From: Candidatus Zixiibacteriota bacterium
GTDB lineage: Bacteria > Zixibacteria > MSB-5A5 > WJJR01
Direction: 5' to 3'
Length of the DNA stretch: 39,516 nt
NCBI GenBank assembly: GCA_036170655.1
Contig: JAVHPP010000104.1
Location: 1-39,516 of the forward strand
This document shows positions 17,691 to 27,013 of this stretch, in pieces. Position 1 is the stretch's first letter; each line of letters begins with the position of its first letter. The translations under genes were made by a program, and so were the position numbers. The notes below the pieces were generated by a model, which saw only the letters and a list, made by a program, of their open reading frames with translations, searched no databases and was not told the origin of the DNA.

Positions 17691-20141
17691 ATGTGGGGCA
17701 ATCGCTTAGCTTGTCTGGTCACAGCGTTGGCGTTGTGGGGGTGGTCCACTCCAGTAGGGGCTGCCGCCAGTCAGATCGTCGAAGTCCGGTTTGAAGGCTC
17801 CGTCGGCCAGATGACGGTGCTGCGAGATTTGGAACGCCTATCCACACAGTATGTTTTGGATCCCAACCCGGCGGGGGCTCCATCGCTACCATGGAAGATG
17901 GCGGTTACCACAGACAACGTGGGATCGAGTGGAGAGCCCGGTCTCGTGGTTCTGGCGGCAGAGACACTCGCCGTGGACGGGTACATCCCACCGGCGCAAC
18001 CGGATCAAATCAGCAGTGATACGAGCCAACCTCGGCCTGAAGTCGCTTCCGACGATAGCATTTATGTCCGAGATGTATGGTATCCGAACGGGGGCGTTCT
18101 CGCTTTCCCGCCGGGAGAGATCATGGGACGGAATGCGGCGGCGTTTCTCTGGTGCCCATTCCGGTACAATGCGCTACGTGGCCAACTCATCGTCGTGCGT
18201 CGTGGCTTGATCCAATGGGTCGGCGACGGGGCGACGTCGCCTCCGCTCGAACCGGCCGACACCGTTGCGGCTGCGGATGACATCAAGGATATCATCCTGC
18301 CTCTTCCGGGTCTCGACGTGCCGAATGGCCCTCTGCAGACACCGGGACCCGAGGGTTCGCCCTCATGGGTCTGCAGCGGTGATGTCCCACTGGGTGTGTC
18401 GTATGTGATTGTGACGAAAGAGTCGTACATCGAATCGGTCCGTCCACTGGCGCAATGGAAAGCGCGGCGCGGGATCGCCGCCGGGATCGCGACGATCGAG
18501 AGAATCACAGAGCAGTATCCGGCCGTCGATCCGGCGGCGGCGATCCGTGAATACCTGAAGGCAGCATACGCGGCGGGGCTGAAATGGGTGACACTGGCGG
18601 GGGATGAGAACATCGTCCCGATTCGCTACGCCTATGCCGGTTACGAATCGAGCGCGAGTGATCTGCACCAATTTCAGATTTGCGACCTGTATTATGGTGA
18701 ACTCGACGGCGACTGGGACGCCAACGGGAACGGGATCTGGGGAGAATACTTCGGCGACAAAGCCCAGATATACGCGGAGCTGTTCATCGGGCGGCTGCCG
18801 TTTGCGAATACTTCCGAGGCGGAGACGATGATTGAGAAAATCATCGCATACGAGCGCGGCCCAGATGACGCCGCCTACCTCGGGCGTGAGCTGAGCGTGT
18901 CGGCCGACCAGATGCGCGATTGGTCGAACGGCATCGGACAGCAGCGACTCGTCGCTAACGCCATGCCGGCATGGCTGACACACGACCTCAGTTCGATGGT
19001 AGAATCGCCCTCGGGGATTGATTCCTCTCCCCTGTCGCCCGACGGACCGGCATTCGACACGCGTCTGGCTTCTGGATACGGCTGGGTCAACTACTATGTC
19101 CACGGGCGGACGGACGGTTTCATCGTGCGCTCTTCCGGATACCTCAATCAGCCACGCAATTATGTCTTCACATTCGGCGCGAATGGCGACGGCAGCGGAC
19201 ACATCAATGACATTCTCGCATCGCCGTATCCGGGCATTCATCTTTCCATCGCCTGCGATCAGGGAGCGTTTGATCTCGATTCGCCGCCGTTTGCGCCGGG
19301 GGTACAGCGCTCCGTGGCGGAGGGACTGCTTTTGATTCCTCAAGGGGGTGCGGTCGCGTTTGTCGGGCAGTCGCGCTGGGGGTGGGTGTCAAGCTCGTAC
19401 AAGCTCGTGCAGAAGTTCTACGAGTACGTGAACGATTCCACCGTGCCGAATCACATCGGTGTCTACCAGTCGCTGGCCAAGCTGGCGTTTCCCAGCCTGC
19501 GGGACATGAACTACGGCAACGATCTCTTTGGCGATCCGGAGATGCCAACGTGGCGACAAGCGCCAAGAGAGTGGACGATCGCCGCGCCGACGACCTATGG
19601 ATCGGGAGAATTCCCCTGGACTATCGAGGCGCACGACGACGCGGGCGGCGCATTGCCGGGCGCGCTAACAACCGTCTCAATCGGCGACAGCATCTGGACA
19701 CTGGGCATGACCAATGGGAGCGGCGCCATCACTGGCACGCTGCTCCTGCCAACAGTACCGGAAGCGATCCTCACGGTCAGCAAGCCGGGATACAAAGTGT
19801 TCGTCGACACGATCCCGCACGAGATTATCGCTGATGTATGGGATGGCGGGAACCAGACGCCGAATCGATTTCAGTTGCTGCCCAATGCACCGAATCCGTT
19901 CAATCCTTCTACCTTGTTGTCGTTTGTGCTGCCAAGGACAGAGCATGTGACGCTGGTCGTCTACGACATCCTCGGGCGACCGGTGCAGACAGTCGTGAAT
20001 GGTCCGCTCGAAGCGGGAGCACACCAAGTGGAGTTTGACAGCGCCGGGCGGTCCGGGACAACGCTCTCCAGCGGCGTGTATTTTGCGCAATTGCGCGCAG
20101 GAAAGAATGTGCAGGTGCGGAAGATGGCGCTGGTGAAGTAG
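17691..20141 (+). CDS. Secreted peptidase family C25 (gingipain-like cysteine peptidase) with a C-terminal T9SS/FlgD-type Ig-like sorting domain
   Basis: Signal peptide, YVIVT..LAQWKARRG, LAGD..VP, DLYY, IGRLP, catalytic His (NYYVHG) and Cys (SIACDQG), LFGDP, and a CTD PNPFNPST..VYDILGR..SSGVYF..RKMALVK. ATG 17691 follows AGGGG. Confidence 0.9.
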   Translation: MWGNRLACLVTALALWGWSTPVGAAASQIVEVRFEGSVGQMTVLRDLERLSTQYVLDPNPAGAPSLPWKMAVTTDNVGSSGEPGLVVLAAETLAVDGYIPPAQPDQISSDTSQPRPEVASDDSIYVRDVWYPNGGVLAFPPGEIMGRNAAAFLWCPFRYNALRGQLIVVRRGLIQWVGDGATSPPLEPADTVAAADDIKDIILPLPGLDVPNGPLQTPGPEGSPSWVCSGDVPLGVSYVIVTKESYIESVRPLAQWKARRGIAAGIATIERITEQYPAVDPAAAIREYLKAAYAAGLKWVTLAGDENIVPIRYAYAGYESSASDLHQFQICDLYYGELDGDWDANGNGIWGEYFGDKAQIYAELFIGRLPFANTSEAETMIEKIIAYERGPDDAAYLGRELSVSADQMRDWSNGIGQQRLVANAMPAWLTHDLSSMVESPSGIDSSPLSPDGPAFDTRLASGYGWVNYYVHGRTDGFIVRSSGYLNQPRNYVFTFGANGDGSGHINDILASPYPGIHLSIACDQGAFDLDSPPFAPGVQRSVAEGLLLIPQGGAVAFVGQSRWGWVSSSYKLVQKFYEYVNDSTVPNHIGVYQSLAKLAFPSLRDMNYGNDLFGDPEMPTWRQAPREWTIAAPTTYGSGEFPWTIEAHDDAGGALPGALTTVSIGDSIWTLGMTNGSGAITGTLLLPTVPEAILTVSKPGYKVFVDTIPHEIIADVWDGGNQTPNRFQLLPNAPNPFNPSTLLSFVLPRTEHVTLVVYDILGRPVQTVVNGPLEAGAHQVEFDSAGRSGTTLSSGVYFAQLRAGKNVQVRKMALVK

Positions 20142-20203
20142 CAACACTGTTACGGCTCGTCCAAGAGGCGGATGGCCGCACACGGGCCGCGAACTTCGGG
20201 GAT

Positions 20204-20354
20204 TGTTGAAAAACGTTCAATCGTCATTCCCGCGCGCGCGAATGTTGAAACACATCCAACCGTCATTCCCGCGAACGAGGGACTCTATTTTCTCTTTCGG
20301 CTTTCCCAGTGGACCCCCGCTTTCGCGGGGGTGACATCACGAGATATGGGCCGT
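20204..20354. repeat. Second copy of the RPE/REP-like palindromic element, with a ~39-bp tandem partial duplication of its left end
   Basis: 20261-20354 is 84/94 identical to 320-413. TGTTGAAA-N10-CGTCATTCCCGCG occurs twice, at 20204 and 20243. Confidence 0.85.
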
Positions 20355-21231
20355 TCGTACCGAGCCGTCCCCACCAGAATGTGCGCGCCAGAGCAGCGAA
20401 GAACATCGCGGAGACGGAGATCCAAAGCGCCAGTTGCCGCCAGAAGCCGTGGCTTTCATACTGACGCAGATAGCGCAGATATGCGATGTGTGACATCCAG
20501 ATCATGCGGACCTTGCGCTGACGGGTGGAGGCGCCACCCCTGTGGAAGGCGACAACATCGGGGGTGTAGAGGAGATGCCAGCCGGCGTCATAGGCGCGGC
20601 GGCACCAGTCGACATCGTTGAAGAACATCGGATAGCGTTCGTCGAAGGCACCGACGGCGTCGATTGCTTCACGGCGGATCAACAGGCAACTGGCCATGGG
20701 CTGTTTGACATCGCGTGTGGCGCTGCCATCGAAGTACCCCATGCGCCACCGTCCGAAGCGCCGCGAATGCGGGAACAGAAACGAGAGACCGAGCAGATCG
20801 TACCACAGTGTGTCGAAACCGGGGAACTCGCGCAGCGAGCGCTGGCGCTGGCCGCCGTGGCCGACCAGTTTGGGGGCGACAGCTGCGTCCTGCGTGCGCT
20901 CCGCCAAGATGCGCACCAGCGTGTCAATCGACCCAACCGGCATGATCACATCGGGATTCAGGAGAAGGATATAGTCAGCGCTGATCTTCGCCAGACCCTG
21001 ATTATTCGCAGCGGCATAGTATCGATTGGCGCTGTTCTGAATCAACGTGACATCGGGAAACGACGACGCGACAAGCGCCGGGGCGCCATCAGTTGAGGCG
21101 TTGTCGACAACTACGACATGCAGCGGGTAGGCCGATGCCTGGGATACCGATTCGAGGCAGGCGATGATGTCTGCGGCGGAGTTGTAAGTCACGATCAGTA
21201 TACCGACGCTTGGATTCATGCCGTTCATCAT
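20263..21231 (-). CDS. Glycosyltransferase family 2 (WbbL/rhamnosyltransferase-like)
   Basis: IVTYNS, VVDNASTDG, YAAANN, LLNPD, FDERYPMFFNDVDWC, H.GG.S. The last ~30 codons come from the repeat element. Confidence 0.9.
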   Translation of the reverse strand: MMNGMNPSVGILIVTYNSAADIIACLESVSQASAYPLHVVVVDNASTDGAPALVASSFPDVTLIQNSANRYYAAANNQGLAKISADYILLLNPDVIMPVGSIDTLVRILAERTQDAAVAPKLVGHGGQRQRSLREFPGFDTLWYDLLGLSFLFPHSRRFGRWRMGYFDGSATRDVKQPMASCLLIRREAIDAVGAFDERYPMFFNDVDWCRRAYDAGWHLLYTPDVVAFHRGGASTRQRKVRMIWMSHIAYLRYLRQYESHGFWRQLALWISVSAMFFAALARTFWWGRLGTNGPYLVMSPPRKRGSTGKAERENRVPRSRE

Positions 21232-21279
21232 CCCTTTACAACGGCCTTGCGGTTTTGATTCTCACCGGCCATGCACTCA

Positions 21280-22569
21280 TCATAGCGGCGCCGTCACTTT
21301 GACGGCATCGAGGAGAGCGGCGAGCCGGCGTGTCTGCTCGCGCCGTTCGAACGGCGCGACCGACGAGGAATCGCGCACGGGAACGCTGCGTACCAAAGCA
21401 GCGATCTCATCCAACGCGGCAATCCCCGCATCCCGTTCATCCAGCGGCACGATCCAACATCCGGGTATCGGGCGAAGGATGCGCGCCGCTTCACTGGACT
21501 CATGCGCGAGCAGAAGAATCGGCCGCAGCGAGCGCATGACTTCGAAGACTCGTCCGGGAAGGTTATCTCTATGCTCCGGCCTGGCGCTCATGGGAAGAGC
21601 CACAACATCGGCGGACATCAGCGTGGCAATGGACTCACCATGCGGCTTGTACCCCAGATCCCTAAAATGATCTGAGATCCCGTGACGCGCCGCCAGAGCG
21701 CTGCAATCGACGCCGATCGACATTCCCACATGTGTAAGACGGAAATGGCGCGACGGATTCCGTTCCTTCCATTCGCGCAGTAGACAAAACAGCGGCGTCG
21801 GGTCGGGGTTCTCCCCCATTGTTCCGTACAGGAGAATCGTGAATGGTTCGTCGCTGGGCGCACGATGAGCACAGATTACGAAGTCGTGCTCATCGTAGCC
21901 ATTGTGGATAACGTGGACCGGATGTGTGGGTAATAGCGCATCAAGCGAGGTTGCGATGGGCCGGCTGGCGGCGACGAGTCGATCCGCCCGTGCGGCGATC
22001 GTGCGGCGCAGGGAGTGCGCGTATCGCCGGTGCCAGCGAGTGGGACCCAAATCATCAAAGCGGACAAACCAGGGATCGCGGAAGTCGGCGATCCAGCCGA
22101 TGCGCAAGTGATCCCTGAGACGCAAACCGACAAGGTGCGCCGACGGCGGTGGTGAGGTGGTCCAGACGACGCCAATCCGGCGCTCGCGGTTCAGTGCAAG
22201 AGCTGCCTGCAAAGCGGGATGCACAAAGCCGCGTTTGTCGTCAGGCCAGCGGAGGAAAGTCGAGAGCCGATGCAAGACGCCGGACTGTTTGACGGTGGCC
22301 CCGTTCCCCTTATGTATGGCCCGGATGAGAGGCCACTGCATTGGATGCCGAGCCGGTACGCGGATGACCTTAACCGAATTGGGAAGTTCCGCCAGAAGTG
22401 TTTCATCGGTCGCCGGGTACGAGTGCAATTCGGGCGTAAGAACGGTCACATCCCAGCCAAAGTCCGGGAGGTAACGCGCAAACTTGAGCGGACGCTGGAC
22501 GCCACCCATTCCGACCGACGGGAAGTAGTAGGCCACCATTAAGACGTGCGATCGGCCAGACGCGAACAT
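21280..22569 (-). CDS. Glycosyltransferase family 4 (GT-B fold)
   Basis: AYYFP..GGVQRP.KF..YL..GW, TSPP.SAH, DFRDPW, IHNGYD, PGRVFE. Start overlaps the upstream stop (TAATG). Confidence 0.88.
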   Translation of the reverse strand: MFASGRSHVLMVAYYFPSVGMGGVQRPLKFARYLPDFGWDVTVLTPELHSYPATDETLLAELPNSVKVIRVPARHPMQWPLIRAIHKGNGATVKQSGVLHRLSTFLRWPDDKRGFVHPALQAALALNRERRIGVVWTTSPPPSAHLVGLRLRDHLRIGWIADFRDPWFVRFDDLGPTRWHRRYAHSLRRTIAARADRLVAASRPIATSLDALLPTHPVHVIHNGYDEHDFVICAHRAPSDEPFTILLYGTMGENPDPTPLFCLLREWKERNPSRHFRLTHVGMSIGVDCSALAARHGISDHFRDLGYKPHGESIATLMSADVVALPMSARPEHRDNLPGRVFEVMRSLRPILLLAHESSEAARILRPIPGCWIVPLDERDAGIAALDEIAALVRSVPVRDSSSVAPFERREQTRRLAALLDAVKVTAPL

Positions 22570-23684
22570 TACGGACGTGATCCAGGATTCGGGCGGCTGG
22601 CCCTGATCACGCGGATCATCGCGTCCTCGACCGTCGCCATGTTGTCACGCCATCGTGCGCGGCGCCGGATGATCTCACGATTGCGCGCCGCGGCCGTCTT
22701 CATCCAGGCGGGATCGGATGCCGCCCGGCGGATCATAGTGGCGAGCGTGCCGTGATCGCCAACCGGGAATACCAGTCCATTGACACCCGGCTCGATCCAC
22801 TCCCGGTTGACCGTGAGGTCGGTGACGATAGGCACGCAGCCGGCCGCCATCGCCTCGAGCATGGAGACCGAGGTGCCGTCAGAGGATGCGCAAGAGACAT
22901 AGATTTCCGACTTGGCTACCAGGGTTTGCAGTCTCTCTTCCGGGAGGAAACCGACGAAGCGCAGCCGGTCGCCAAGTCCGAGATTGCGCGACAGGCGCAG
23001 GTGTTTGTCCTTCATCGATCCGTCACCGACGACACAGAAGTCGAACTCAGCGGGATCGGAGAGCATCGGATCCGCCGCCGCACGGATCAGGGTTTCGACA
23101 CGATACAGCGGCTCCAAGCGACGGTCGGTCAGGACCCGTATGGGCCCGGGGCTGGCGTGGTCTCGCGAATCGCCGAGCGCGAGCCACGAATCCTCCACGC
23201 CCAACGGGACGATGTCGATCTTTCCCGGTGACGCGCCCAAGGTGACCATCTCCCTGCCGAGCAGATCTGCGTCGGCGAAGATCAGGTCGGCATGACGAAG
23301 CACGGAAACGATCCGCCACCGGTGCAGCCGGGACTTGTGGGGAGCGATCAGTACATCCGACCCCCAAGCCGACACCGCCAGAGGGTGACGGCGGCAGAGA
23401 TTGGCAAGCCACCCATAATCGGGAAGAAAAAGCGCACTAACGATGTCCGGCCTGAAGGTGTCGATCAGGCGCCGCACATTCCCGGCGCTCAGCAGGACCG
23501 CGATCGCGCGGTGATATCTCGCTTTTGTGATGGGTTCCGCGCCTGAGTCCGGAGGAATCGGCGGAAACGACAGCCAGCGCACAGTCCAACCGCGTTGCCG
23601 GAAATAACCGGCCCAGCGCCGGGAGTGCACGACGGACGCTTCCCCCAGAATCAGAATCTTTGGCTGACGTTCGGAGATTCCCAC
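22569..23684 (-). CDS. Glycosyltransferase family 4 (GT-B fold)
   Basis: SVVHSRRW, AWGSDV, RRLEPLY, VGDG, SDGTSVSMLEAMAAG..PIVTD. Confidence 0.9.
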   Translation of the reverse strand: MGISERQPKILILGEASVVHSRRWAGYFRQRGWTVRWLSFPPIPPDSGAEPITKARYHRAIAVLLSAGNVRRLIDTFRPDIVSALFLPDYGWLANLCRRHPLAVSAWGSDVLIAPHKSRLHRWRIVSVLRHADLIFADADLLGREMVTLGASPGKIDIVPLGVEDSWLALGDSRDHASPGPIRVLTDRRLEPLYRVETLIRAAADPMLSDPAEFDFCVVGDGSMKDKHLRLSRNLGLGDRLRFVGFLPEERLQTLVAKSEIYVSCASSDGTSVSMLEAMAAGCVPIVTDLTVNREWIEPGVNGLVFPVGDHGTLATMIRRAASDPAWMKTAAARNREIIRRRARWRDNMATVEDAMIRVIRASRPNPGSRP

Positions 23685-23691
23685 AACAGGG

Positions 23692-23721
23692 ATTATGGAG
23701 CGTGATGAAGGCGCCAGACAA
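23692..23721 (-). promoter_or_regulatory. Possible internal sigma70 promoter ahead of the GT4-GT4-GT2 genes
   Basis: TTGTCT (23721-23716), 18-nt spacer, CATAAT (23697-23692). The GTG start lies 7 nt downstream, with no RBS visible. Confidence 0.35.
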
Positions 23722-23759
23722 GGATAATCGCAATGTCGCGAGCGACTGGGGCGTGTGCC

Positions 23760-24719
23760 TCAGGGACGGAGACACCTGAGACGGTCGTACCAAAAGCGAC
23801 GAAGACGAGTTTCAGAGCGTTCAACGGCTCTGGCTCCCCACCCTTCCTTGAAGCGCGACAGGCCAGGTTTGGTGACGCCGCCCGGTCCTCCCCCGAAGTC
23901 AAAGCGACGGACACCAGCATGAGACAGTGCAGTCAAGAGATGGGCAAACAGATGGTGATTTACGCCAGAGTATTTATCATCGCGCAGGGAGGCCCCATCG
24001 ACGTACACAGCCGTGTCCTTCAGAACAAGCCAGACAGATGTCGCTACACATCGACCATTGACACGGGCCACCCACCATCGCAGGGCGCCCGTGGGAGTGA
24101 AAATGGCGACGCATACAGGCCCCTTCCGGGGATCAAGAACAAGCCGACTGGACTGCCGCAGTGACGATGGAAAGTCAGTCTGCATAGCAGACACCTCATC
24201 GGGCGTGTTCAATTCGCCGATGTCGGACCGAAGGCGGGAACCCTTCTCGATGTTGCGGCGGTGAGACCCGCTGAGGTTATTCAGAATGTCTGACGAGACG
24301 GCTTCACCAAGGTCAAGGAGCCAGGTGGAGGACGTGATCGTCTCGCGGAACCAGTGCGTGGGAGGCTGCCAATTCGCCGATGAACTGACAGCGATTTCCA
24401 CGGTGCGAGGCGATGCAATGGCACACAGGAAGTCATCACCGGGATTCGCTCCCGGCTGCCCGATCCAGCCACCCGGTGTACCGAAGGGCTGAGAGAATAC
24501 CCATTCAAGACCCCACCGTCGTCGTCTGACAACCGGCACACCGCCAAGGAGGGACGTCTGGCCAGCCCCGATCCAGAATTCTGCGCGGGCCGCGGGCCAG
24601 ACGCGCTCCCAGAAGAGCGACCATTCAGGCAGAAGATAGGGCGATGCGTGCGGTCTCTGGTCCAGCCAGTGCAACCACGCGTCACGATCCACTTCCAAGG
24701 GATGACGGCGCTGCCACAT
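23760..24719 (-). CDS. GNAT/FemAB-related N-acyltransferase
   Basis: SQPFGTPGG, HRRNIEKG, YVDGAS..NHHLF..AG.RRFDFGG..GLSRFKEGWGA, the typical FemAB-like tandem-GNAT C-terminus. Start trimmed to ATG 24719, just after the upstream stop. Confidence 0.8.
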   Translation of the reverse strand: MWQRRHPLEVDRDAWLHWLDQRPHASPYLLPEWSLFWERVWPAARAEFWIGAGQTSLLGGVPVVRRRRWGLEWVFSQPFGTPGGWIGQPGANPGDDFLCAIASPRTVEIAVSSSANWQPPTHWFRETITSSTWLLDLGEAVSSDILNNLSGSHRRNIEKGSRLRSDIGELNTPDEVSAMQTDFPSSLRQSSRLVLDPRKGPVCVAIFTPTGALRWWVARVNGRCVATSVWLVLKDTAVYVDGASLRDDKYSGVNHHLFAHLLTALSHAGVRRFDFGGGPGGVTKPGLSRFKEGWGARAVERSETRLRRFWYDRLRCLRP

Positions 24720-24739
24720 GAGTGATTGCGATCTGGTGT

Positions 24740-27013
24740 TTATCGTCGGCGTATGACGGCGATCTTGCCCCGACCTGCACCGCCATCGGAGCCGCGAACA
24801 ACAAAAAGATATACGCCCGATGCCACGAGAACACCGGACGCGTTCTTGCCATCCCACCCTTGCGCTCCGCCGGCAAAATCGACAACCGGCTGGCCCGCTG
24901 CGGTGAAGATGTAGATGCGGCTGCCATACGGCGCGTTGAAGCGCACCTGTCGTGTGGCATCGGTTTCTATCGTAAACGGGTTGGGGTAGGCCAGGATCTG
25001 ATCATAGGACGGCGCCGGCGGAACTCCGGCGGCCAGTCGGGATAGTCCCGATGCGGTCGCAATCCAGACATTGCCGGTGCGGTCATCGACGGCGATTTCC
25101 TGGACATTGCTGCCGACAAGTCCCGAGTTTTGCGGAGAAAAGAACACCGCCGTATCGCCGGACGGAATCATCGCCAGCCCGCGGCCAGTACCGACCCAGA
25201 TCGTGTTTTGTGCGTCTGCGGCCATCGCGTTGATGGTCAGTCCGGCCTCTGGCGGCAGTGGGACTTTGAGGAAGCGACGGATATCGGCCGCCCAACGGAC
25301 GAGGCCCACATTCGTGCCGATCCAGAGCGAATCGGCGCGGTCGAGCAGCAGGGCTCGCACATCATTCGACGGAAGACCATCCGATGTGGTTTTGAATGTC
25401 GTTCTTGTCCGCGGATGCCCCGGTACGTGATCGGTGCAGAGAGGTGGATCATAGGTGAAATCCGCGAAGCCGATATTGCCGAAACCAACGAGCAGTTCCC
25501 CATTCCGGGCGGAGAGAATCTGCGGGGCATTGGAATTGAGCCCGTCCGCTGTCCCGAAGCTGCCCCAGCAGCCATGATCATAGAAGGCAAGCACACGGCC
25601 AGAATCGGCGGCGGCATTTGCAAACCAGACACGTCCGCTCGAATCCACGGCGACATCGCGTATAACGATATAGTTGTTCACCCCGATTTGATCCTGTACC
25701 CACATCAGAGAACTGTTGGACGTGTCATAGTGTACCCAGTCATCGAGCGGATCCGATGGGCTGACATGATAGGCGCCGCTTCCCGCGGCGCCAAACCAGA
25801 CATCTCCATCGGGAGCGACCGTGACCGATGTCCCCGGTCCGCCGGGTCCAACGTCATAGTAAGGCAGGACAGTCCAGTGATCGCCATCGAGAAAGTCGGC
25901 GCCACGGTTGGGATGCACACACCAGATTGTTCCATCGTTCCCGACGGCCACATCGGCAAACTCCCTGTCCATTGGGCCATCAAAGGTGATGGATGTCCAA
26001 CCGGAGTCGCTCCTCCGTTCAAGACCATATTGCAAACGTCCACCCCACAGGGAACCCCCGCCTGTGCGGACGATCGATGTCAGAGACACTGCAGGAGAGC
26101 CAAGGGCTGGAGGTCCCTGGCATTGGTTGTTGGCGCAAGCGGCAAGCCCTTTGTCGGTGGCAATCCAGATGGTGTCGCCCGCGACGTATAGATCGTAAAC
26201 TGGGACACCGGCGAGTCCGGCCCGCACCCAGTTGGTATCGCCGGGGGATGACAGGGTGTCGGCGAGAACGTACAGCCCATCATCGCCACCCGCATAGACA
26301 CGCCCATGGAAGGTATCAATAGTGTTGAGAGTTGGAAGTCCTGTCCACGAGCGCCAGTGGGCGGGGTCAGGGAGAGACGGGTCGTCGACCCGCGCTCGTG
26401 CCACTCCAGCCGGTCCGACAGCCCAGATGAACCCATCGGCAACCAACACGTCCCGGACGGGATTGGAAGCGGGCCAGCCTCCGAGACGGGTATATGTCTC
26501 CTTGATCTCGCCCCCATTACGACGAGTGTCAAACTTGTGGATTCCAATTGACGATCCCACCCAGAGGATGCCACCCGGTCCGGGGGATGCCGCCGATAAT
26601 GGCAGCAAATTGCCATTCAAAGCAAAATCGTACACGGCCCAGTTGCCATTTGTCTGACGTCGGGACAGCTTCCCGTTTATTCCTCCCGTCCACAGCCAGC
26701 CCGATGAGTCGAACACAACGAACCGGAGATCGTTGTCACCGATTCCGTCGGCATTGGTCAGCCGGGTCACGGATGACGGCGCGGTCACTATGGCATAGAC
26801 CAATCCACCTGTCGTCGCCATCCACAGGGTGTCACCGGCCGATGCCAGCGCCATGACGTCGTTGACATACGTGTAATTCTTCCAGGACGCACGTTCAAAC
26901 AAGTCCGTGGCGGATGCGGCCGCTGCACTCACGAAAGCACAGCAGAACAGCAGTCGCAGAACGGGCCGAAAGGCCGTCACCCAAGTTGGTCTAATCACGG
27001 GAGCTTCTCTCAT
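24740..27013 (-). CDS. Secreted PorZ-like beta-propeller protein (two-component-regulator propeller repeats) with C-terminal sorting domain
   Basis: Signal peptide, WKNYT, many D..G.(L/I/V)W.(A/G)T..GL blades, DGL.SN repeats, and a CTD YPNPF..IFT..G..WDGKN..G..VASGVY..GKIAVIR. ATG 27013 overlaps the lnt stop (ATGA). Confidence 0.75.
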   Translation of the reverse strand: MREAPVIRPTWVTAFRPVLRLLFCCAFVSAAAASATDLFERASWKNYTYVNDVMALASAGDTLWMATTGGLVYAIVTAPSSVTRLTNADGIGDNDLRFVVFDSSGWLWTGGINGKLSRRQTNGNWAVYDFALNGNLLPLSAASPGPGGILWVGSSIGIHKFDTRRNGGEIKETYTRLGGWPASNPVRDVLVADGFIWAVGPAGVARARVDDPSLPDPAHWRSWTGLPTLNTIDTFHGRVYAGGDDGLYVLADTLSSPGDTNWVRAGLAGVPVYDLYVAGDTIWIATDKGLAACANNQCQGPPALGSPAVSLTSIVRTGGGSLWGGRLQYGLERRSDSGWTSITFDGPMDREFADVAVGNDGTIWCVHPNRGADFLDGDHWTVLPYYDVGPGGPGTSVTVAPDGDVWFGAAGSGAYHVSPSDPLDDWVHYDTSNSSLMWVQDQIGVNNYIVIRDVAVDSSGRVWFANAAADSGRVLAFYDHGCWGSFGTADGLNSNAPQILSARNGELLVGFGNIGFADFTYDPPLCTDHVPGHPRTRTTFKTTSDGLPSNDVRALLLDRADSLWIGTNVGLVRWAADIRRFLKVPLPPEAGLTINAMAADAQNTIWVGTGRGLAMIPSGDTAVFFSPQNSGLVGSNVQEIAVDDRTGNVWIATASGLSRLAAGVPPAPSYDQILAYPNPFTIETDATRQVRFNAPYGSRIYIFTAAGQPVVDFAGGAQGWDGKNASGVLVASGVYLFVVRGSDGGAGRGKIAVIRRR

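Noticed and set aside
17469..17749. Small - strand ORFs (66 and 61 aa) between mraZ and the C25 gene
   Set aside because: No convincing RBS or motifs, atypical codon usage, and overlap with the C25 start or promoter region.
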